Shown here in pieces: positions 58,444 to 64,000 of a stretch of DNA of 64,000 bases. Every line of letters begins with the position of its first letter. Positions within the stretch are counted from its first letter, which is position 1. A program made the translations under genes and the position numbers. This DNA comes from an uncultured Acidimicrobiia bacterium (lineage in GTDB: Bacteria; Actinomycetota; Acidimicrobiia; Spongiisociales; JAENVV01). Location: positions 131,993-195,992 of the forward strand of contig CAVVWO010000002.1 in NCBI GenBank assembly GCA_963752075.1, given 5' to 3'. The notes under the pieces are model-generated. The model did no database searches and was not told the DNA's origin. It saw nothing but the letters and a program-made list of their open reading frames with translations.

Positions 58444-59511
58444 TCACACGCCGACGACGTAGTCGCCTGTCTGGTCATCCCATTCGAACGTGACCACACC
58501 GCGGGTGTTGGCAGCCTTGATGAATTGGAGGAAGCTGCTGTATCCGAACTGCTTTTCCGAGAAGTCGGTGTCGCGCTTGCGAATCTGGTTCTTGAGCCCG
58601 GACATCACGACCGGTCCGTTCTTCTCCCCCAGTTCGGTGACGACGTCCCGCACCATCGCAAACGCCGCCTCCTCATCAGAACTCTCAGATGGGAAATCGA
58701 CCTCGGGGTCGCCCTTGGCTAGACCTTCGGACATCTCGATGATCCCGTGGTCCTCCAGGTATCGGAGCAGTTCCCCAAATGCCCGGAAGCCGTAGTTGGT
58801 CTCCGAAAAGGTCGGATCCTTGCGCAGCAGGGTGCGTTTGAGCTGCGAGCCGAGTACCACCCCTCCGGCGCTCCGCTTGAGACCGCCGAGGGTGGTCGAA
58901 ACGAGCTTGCCGAGGTCGTCGAGCGTTTCGGCCGGCTCCGGGGCCTGTTCGTCGACGGCGTCGGGAACTGCCGGGTCTGGCGCCGGAGGTGCCTGTCGTC
59001 GAGGGGGCTTCTTCTCGGCCGGGGCGACTACCTCGACGCCTTCGAGATTGTCGTAGAACAGAAATTCGTCGCAGGCGGGGGGCAGAAGCTTCGAGGTGGA
59101 GGCCTTTATCCCCACACCGATCACGCGCTTGTTGAGTTCGCGAAGCTTGTGCACCAGCGGAGTGAAGTCGCTGTCTCCGGTGCAGATCACGAACGTGGAG
59201 ATGTAGTCACGCTCGAACGCCATCTCCAGTGCGTCCACCGCCATCTTGATATCGGCAGCATTCTTGCGGATCGTCCCCATCCTTTGCGGGATCTCGATGA
59301 GCTCGACGTGATGCCGGGTGAGCATCCGGCGATCCTCGTCGAAGTACGACCAATCGCCGTAGGCGCGACGGACGATCACGCGCCCTCTTTCGGCGAGGGC
59401 GTCGGCCACCGGCGTCATATCGAAGGGAACACCTCCGAGGTCCTCGCGGGCCGAGATGGCGAGATTCTCGTAATCCATGAACAGAGCAATGCGGTCTTCT
59501 TCTAATGCCAT
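58444..59511 (-). CDS. NYN-domain (LabA/limkain-b1-type) protein with two C-terminal OST-HTH/LOTUS domains
   Basis: IALFMDYENL...RRAYGDW...NAADIKMAVDAL...FVICTGDSDFTPLVHKLRE..KRVIGVG (NYN). A Pro-rich linker follows, then two LOTUS-like repeats (LGSQLKRTLLRKDPTFSETNYGFRAFGELL; MSGLKNQIRKRDTDFSEKQFGYSSFLQFI). Confidence 0.85.
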   Translation of the reverse strand: MALEEDRIALFMDYENLAISAREDLGGVPFDMTPVADALAERGRVIVRRAYGDWSYFDEDRRMLTRHHVELIEIPQRMGTIRKNAADIKMAVDALEMAFERDYISTFVICTGDSDFTPLVHKLRELNKRVIGVGIKASTSKLLPPACDEFLFYDNLEGVEVVAPAEKKPPRRQAPPAPDPAVPDAVDEQAPEPAETLDDLGKLVSTTLGGLKRSAGGVVLGSQLKRTLLRKDPTFSETNYGFRAFGELLRYLEDHGIIEMSEGLAKGDPEVDFPSESSDEEAAFAMVRDVVTELGEKNGPVVMSGLKNQIRKRDTDFSEKQFGYSSFLQFIKAANTRGVVTFEWDDQTGDYVVGV

Positions 59512-59558
59512 ACCACGGACGTTAGACGGTTCCCACCGACGAGGCTGCTCACTGTCGG

Positions 59559-60170
59559 TCAGGCCGGCCGATCGAGTGAGAATCGATCCGCGGTGCGGGT
59601 GTACTCCATGCCGGCCATGCGACCGATGGCGCCGAGTCGGTCTGGATCCACCCTTCCCTCCGAGAGCACCTCGGAACTGATGTGGAACCTGACGACTTCG
59701 CCAACGACGACGTTCCCGGACATCGGCCCCGTTCCGAACTGCAAGATCTCGACAAGTCGACATTCCATTGAAGCCTTGGCCTCGAGGACCCTCGGAGCCG
59801 CCACCAGATCGCCACTCACGGGCGTGAGTCCGGCGATCTCGAACTCGTCCTCGCCGTGCTCGTAGCTTCCTGAGGTCACATTCATGGCCTCCGCCACGTC
59901 TTCGGTGACGACGTTGTGCGTGAACTCGCCGCGGACGCGGATATTTGCGAGCGTGTCCTTTGGCTGGTCGGGCGGTCCGAGAGGGGAGAACAGCAGTATC
60001 GGAGGGGTTGCCGCCACGCCATTGAAGAACGAGAACGGCGCCAGGTTGTGGATACCGAGCACCGAGGTGGTTCCGATCCAGGCGATCGGCCTGGGAACGA
60101 TGAGGCCGATGAGGAGCTTATACGCCGAGAGGGGTTCCAGATCGTCTGTGTCGAAGGAGGTCACTGTCAT
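59559..60170 (-). CDS. flavin reductase-like (FMN-binding split barrel) protein
   Basis: YKLLIGLIVPRPIAWIGT...NLAPFSFFNGVA..PP. ATGA overlap with the upstream nitroreductase stop. Confidence 0.85.
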   Translation of the reverse strand: MTVTSFDTDDLEPLSAYKLLIGLIVPRPIAWIGTTSVLGIHNLAPFSFFNGVAATPPILLFSPLGPPDQPKDTLANIRVRGEFTHNVVTEDVAEAMNVTSGSYEHGEDEFEIAGLTPVSGDLVAAPRVLEAKASMECRLVEILQFGTGPMSGNVVVGEVVRFHISSEVLSEGRVDPDRLGAIGRMAGMEYTRTADRFSLDRPA

Positions 60171-60706
60171 GAGGAGGACCAACGATCCCGATGAACCAAC
60201 TCCTCGAGCGGCTTTCGGCCTTGAGGAAGCCATTGACGTTGGGCGGACCGTCCCGCTCGCTCCGAAGCCTCGTCGGGATATCCGATGGCGATGGCGTAGC
60301 GACAGGCATGATCGTCCGGGATCGCCAGCACCGCCCGAGCCACTTCTTCCTTGTGGAGCGTCACGGGGCACGAACCCACGCCGACCGACGCGGCAGCCAG
60401 CATCATGTTTTGCGCCACTCTGCCCGTGTCGAAGTCGTACCCACCAGGCAGCCGGACCAGGGCGATCGCCGTCGGTGCGTTGACGACCGGGGTCATGAAG
60501 TCGCCGGCGCCGACGATCGCCGCCTTCTGGTCAGGATCGGACACGACGATGAAGGCCCAATACTGGAGATTCTTGGCGGAGCCTGTCCACCGCCCGGCCT
60601 CGAGGATCTCGGCAAGGTGCTGGTCGGTAACCGGTTCGGGCCTGAAGCGGCGGACCGTCTTCAGCTCGAGGATGGAGCGATAGGTCTCCTCAGATGGATG
60701 CAGCAT
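60167..60706 (-). CDS. nitroreductase family protein
   Basis: TVRRFRPEPVTDQHLAEILEAGRWTGSAKNLQYWAFIVV, with GYP near the C-terminus. Start at MLHPSEE. Confidence 0.8.
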   Translation of the reverse strand: MLHPSEETYRSILELKTVRRFRPEPVTDQHLAEILEAGRWTGSAKNLQYWAFIVVSDPDQKAAIVGAGDFMTPVVNAPTAIALVRLPGGYDFDTGRVAQNMMLAAASVGVGSCPVTLHKEEVARAVLAIPDDHACRYAIAIGYPDEASERAGRSAQRQWLPQGRKPLEELVHRDRWSSS

Positions 60707-60834
60707 CGGCGTGATCTTTCTCTCTGGGCGTCGGTCAGAGACTAGGCCGGGGCCTTTCAGGCGGGTCGACCAGGAGCGAGCTGCCATGGCTCGGTTCCTA
60801 CGGCAACACCGGCTCGACATGGCAGACTGACGAC

Positions 60835-61518
60835 ATGCGACAACGAATCACCATCACCGACACCGGACTCGGATCTTGGTACGGACCGAAGAAGTTCGAG
60901 CGAAGGACCATCGAACTCGACTTCACCGATCGAGCCCAGAGCACTGGTGTCAGTTTCGGACGGTTCGACATGGTGTGGCACAAGATCGTGGACGGTCGCC
61001 GGGTGACAACCGCCAAGAGATTCGTGACGGAACTCGATCGCCAGACCTGGGAGAAGGCCAACCTGGGCGGCGTGGAGTTCGAACCCCTCGTGCCGCCGGT
61101 GGTCGTCGAGCGAGGGACGCCGCTCACCCAACTCATCGGTCATCGATTAGTGGCCGTCGGATTCGACGACCCGACCCTGGAACTGGCGGTTCAGCCCGCC
61201 GGCACGTCATCGCCGGCCCATCGTCTTTCCATCACGTGTGACGCCCTCGTTGCGATCGTCACCCCGGAAGGGGTCGTTACGCCGGACGATTTCGGCTACG
61301 CCGACACCCTGGTGGCGTTGCGAGGCGAGGAGGTGGTGACGGCGGACGAGTTCACTGACACGGGCCTGACCTTGGAGATGTCAAACGGCGTCGCCGTGTC
61401 GATCACCCCTCATCTCGGGCGAGACGCGGACACGATCGCCAGTTTCCCGACCTCCGAAGGTCTGGCCGAATGGAGCCGCGACTCGGCGGCATTCTCGCTG
61501 CTGACCGGCCGAGACTAG
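60835..61518 (+). CDS. hypothetical protein
   Basis: 227-aa ATG ORF with coding-like composition and no motif recognised. Confidence 0.5.
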   Translation: MRQRITITDTGLGSWYGPKKFERRTIELDFTDRAQSTGVSFGRFDMVWHKIVDGRRVTTAKRFVTELDRQTWEKANLGGVEFEPLVPPVVVERGTPLTQLIGHRLVAVGFDDPTLELAVQPAGTSSPAHRLSITCDALVAIVTPEGVVTPDDFGYADTLVALRGEEVVTADEFTDTGLTLEMSNGVAVSITPHLGRDADTIASFPTSEGLAEWSRDSAAFSLLTGRD

Positions 61519-61601
61519 CGCTCGTTTCCCTCGTTCTCTGGGCTGTAGACCGCCATAGTGACGGTCTAGAACCCTGGGTTCGGCTTGAGCGGCGCCGACC
61601 G

Positions 61602-61674
61602 CGCCCGCGGCAGGATTCGAACCTGCGGCCTACTGCTTAGGAGGCAGTTGCTCTATCCCCTGAGCTACGCGGGC
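61602..61674 (-). tRNA. tRNA-Arg (anticodon CCU)
   Basis: Reverse complement: GCCCGCG-TA-GCTC-AGGGGATA-GAGC-A-ACTGC-CTCCTAA-GCAGT-AGGCC-GCAGG-TTCGAAT-CCTGC-CGCGGGC-G. Confidence 0.95.
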
Positions 61675-62028
61675 TGGGATTTCCCAGTTCTGGCTTGGGA
61701 TATTCAAGTGCTGCAGTTGGTGCCGACATCTTGACGCTGCCGACCTTGCTGACCGCACCATCGGCACCGATCTGCAGGGCGTGGAACAGCTTACCGAGTA
61801 CCTGCAGGCCCAACGCTCGCATTCGCTGCGCTGCAACGAGATCGAACGCCGAGAACTCGAGGCGTCGAGGCGTTCGTCACCTACCAGCGCAACACCCGAT
61901 CGGCTTCGACTACCTGCCACCGAGCACCTGCGCCATGCCCCAAGAGTAGGCTGACCGCACTTCCGGCTACCGAGAGCGGCTGGTCTATCCTTGTGGCGGA
62001 CAATTAGGGGTGGGATGGGGTTGCCGGA

Positions 62029-63786
62029 ATGATCGAGACTCTACGAACATCGATCCGGGTGTTCATCCCCAAGGGCCAGCGTTTGAAATGGTTCGGCTTG
62101 ATCCTCATCGCTCTCGCCGTGGCAGGCGCCGAAACTCTGACTGCCCTGCTCATCTTTCGGGTTCTGGGCTACGCCACCGACCCGACACCGGATTCACCGT
62201 CCATCGCATTGGCATTTGGACTCGAGGCCACCCTGTTCCCCCTGCTCTTCCTCGCCGGAGTTGTGTTCGTGCTGCGCGGGTTGCTGTCGATGTTCAGCAT
62301 TTATGCCCAGAACCGGGCGGTGCAGAATGCCGGAGCCGCGGTGGCAAGCCTCATCCATCGTCGATACCTCCAAGCGCCGTACAGTTTCCACCTCTCCCGC
62401 AACTCCAGCGAGTCCCTTCGGACGGTCCTGTGGAGTGTGGACCGAGCGACGAACAACGCCCTCACACCGATCATCAACATCGCCACCCAGGGCCTCATCT
62501 CGGCGACGCTCTTCGGGCTGCTCGTTGCCATCGCCCCCGTCCTGTCGCTCACCGCCGTCTTCGTTCTCGCGGTTGGGCTCGCTCTCATCCTGAGGATGAT
62601 TCAGCCACGCCTGGGCCATGTGGGGAAGGTTGTCGAGGACACGGTGCACAAGCTGATCGTCAGCGTTCGGGACTCCTTCGACAGTGTCCGGGACATCAAG
62701 GCCTATCGGGCCGAGGACTACTTCGACCGGCGCTTCAGACGGCACCGCAAGACTCTCGCCGAGTTGAGAACCACGAAGTCTCTCCTCGATCAGATTCCCA
62801 GTGCGGCCGTGGAGTACATGGTGGTCATCGGGTTGCTGATTCTGATTGGCTTCGCCTCCAATAGCGAGACGTTCGGCGAGTACGTACCGATCTTGGGGGC
62901 CTTTGGGTATGCCACCCTCCGGATCGTTCCCTCGATCAACAAGATCGTCTCCTCGGCCAACCGGATCAAGTACGGGGAACAGGCCGTCAAGAATGTCGAG
63001 AACGATCTGCGGGCCGCCATGCCGGAGGAATCCCCCGATCCTGACGTGACCGCCTCGCCTGGACCCCTGTTCTCGGACTCCATCGAACTGTGTGACCTCT
63101 CGTTCACCTACGCCGCGGCCGAGCAACGCGCCATCGACTCGATCGACCTCGTCATCCGTCGTGGCGAGATCCTCGCCATCGCCGGCGGCTCCGGATCGGG
63201 CAAGAGCACTCTGGCCGATATCGTGCTGGGCCTCCTCGAACCGGAATCCGGGAAGATCATCATCGACGGGAGCGAAGTGCTGCCCGAGGGCTGGCATCGA
63301 AAGGTCGGCATCGTTTCGCAGTCGGTCGTGTTGCTCGATGCCTCGGTGCGCGAAAACGTGGCATTCGGCGACAGCGCCACCGCCGACGACGATCGCATCC
63401 TCGAGGCGTTGGATCGCGCCCGGCTCACGGAGTGGCTGCGAACGCTCCCCGCTGGTCTCGACACAGAGGTCGGAGAATCGGGCAAGCTGCTGTCGGGCGG
63501 CGAACGCCAACGGGTGGCGATTGCGCGCAGCTTGTATCGCCATCCTGACCTCCTCATCCTCGACGAGGCCACCTCCGCCCTGGACGGAGCGACGGAGGCC
63601 GCTCTCATGGAGAGCCTGGTGGCGCTCTCCGGAGAGCTCACCACGATCATCGTCTCGCATCGCATCGCTCCCATTCAAACGGCCAATCGGGTTGTGATGA
63701 TGAGCGAGGGGAAGATCACCGCAGTGGGCACCTACGAAGAGTTGGCATCGGGGACTGCCGCGTTCCGCGACCTGGTGGGTATGTGA
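62029..63786 (+). CDS. ABC exporter, fused permease/ATPase (MsbA-like)
   Basis: Six N-terminal TM helices. Walker A GGSGSGKST, signature LSGGERQRVAIARS and Walker B LLILDEATSALD. Confidence 0.93.
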   Translation: MIETLRTSIRVFIPKGQRLKWFGLILIALAVAGAETLTALLIFRVLGYATDPTPDSPSIALAFGLEATLFPLLFLAGVVFVLRGLLSMFSIYAQNRAVQNAGAAVASLIHRRYLQAPYSFHLSRNSSESLRTVLWSVDRATNNALTPIINIATQGLISATLFGLLVAIAPVLSLTAVFVLAVGLALILRMIQPRLGHVGKVVEDTVHKLIVSVRDSFDSVRDIKAYRAEDYFDRRFRRHRKTLAELRTTKSLLDQIPSAAVEYMVVIGLLILIGFASNSETFGEYVPILGAFGYATLRIVPSINKIVSSANRIKYGEQAVKNVENDLRAAMPEESPDPDVTASPGPLFSDSIELCDLSFTYAAAEQRAIDSIDLVIRRGEILAIAGGSGSGKSTLADIVLGLLEPESGKIIIDGSEVLPEGWHRKVGIVSQSVVLLDASVRENVAFGDSATADDDRILEALDRARLTEWLRTLPAGLDTEVGESGKLLSGGERQRVAIARSLYRHPDLLILDEATSALDGATEAALMESLVALSGELTTIIVSHRIAPIQTANRVVMMSEGKITAVGTYEELASGTAAFRDLVGM

Positions 63787-64000
63787 GCGCGTCCTCGCTG
63801 AACCCGGGCCGCCTCCCCGATTTCCTATTGGCCGGGGCCATGCGATCCGGAACGACGTCGCTTTATCGCTATCTCGGGGAACACCCAGATATCTTCATCG
63901 CTCCCAAGGAGCTCGAGTTCTTCACCAAGCGCTTTGATGAGGGCGTTGACTGGTATCGATCCCAGTTCGCCCACACCGGGTCTGCCCGGGTGTTCGGCGA
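63783..64000 (+). CDS. sulfotransferase family protein (5' part; runs off the window)
   Basis: PDFLLAGAMRSGTTSLYRYL resembles the PAPS 5'-phosphosulfate-binding loop. GTGA overlap with the ABC exporter stop. Confidence 0.75.
   Translation, partial: MSASSLNPGRLPDFLLAGAMRSGTTSLYRYLGEHPDIFIAPKELEFFTKRFDEGVDWYRSQFAHTGSARVFG

Overview
This is a high-GC, actinobacterial-type chromosome segment. The order eno-ftsB-DUF501-ppx and the mfd / pth-ctc arrangement are typical of the actinobacterial core. It looks Acidimicrobiia-like, but I cannot verify the taxon, and GC content was judged by eye. All calls come from reading the six-frame translations and recalling family motifs; no searches were run.

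I support about 65 protein genes and 2 tRNAs: Leu-UAA and Arg-CCU. I saw no rRNA, CRISPR array, transposase, integrase or phage genes. Genes are tightly packed, and at least 15 same-strand junctions are ATGA, GTGA or TGATG start/stop overlaps.

Most of the window is ordinary core (truA, coaA, polX, eno, mazG, mfd, glpK, pth, ctc). Four multi-gene blocks stand out:
1. 22956-30113: an actinobacterial-type Tad/Flp pilus operon, with an uncharacterised NTF2-like tail gene and an unknown divergent neighbour.
2. 31194-40517: the conserved but functionally unassigned membrane / DUF4129 / DUF4350 / MoxR / DUF58 / SpoIIM-like / RDD cluster. Here a CHASE-PAS histidine kinase sits between the SpoIIM-like and RDD genes.
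3. 51744-58394: a six-gene operon joining a CDP-3,6-dideoxyhexose pathway (RfbF, RfbG, RfbH/E1, reductase) to a GtrB/ArnC-type polyprenyl-phosphate glycosyltransferase and a GT-C-like membrane protein. No E3 reductase is present. This is my best candidate for an undescribed envelope-glycosylation system.
4. 42717-44812: an MFS transporter coupled to an iodotyrosine-deiodinase-like flavoprotein.

An independent technical observation is that at least eight frame-breaking single-site indels interrupt otherwise well-conserved genes: truA three times, and polX, a VOC gene, DUF58, an acyl-CoA synthetase and a proA-like gene once each. These point either to unpolished assembly errors or to real gene decay.

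I cannot show that any block is truly novel without database and structure searches.
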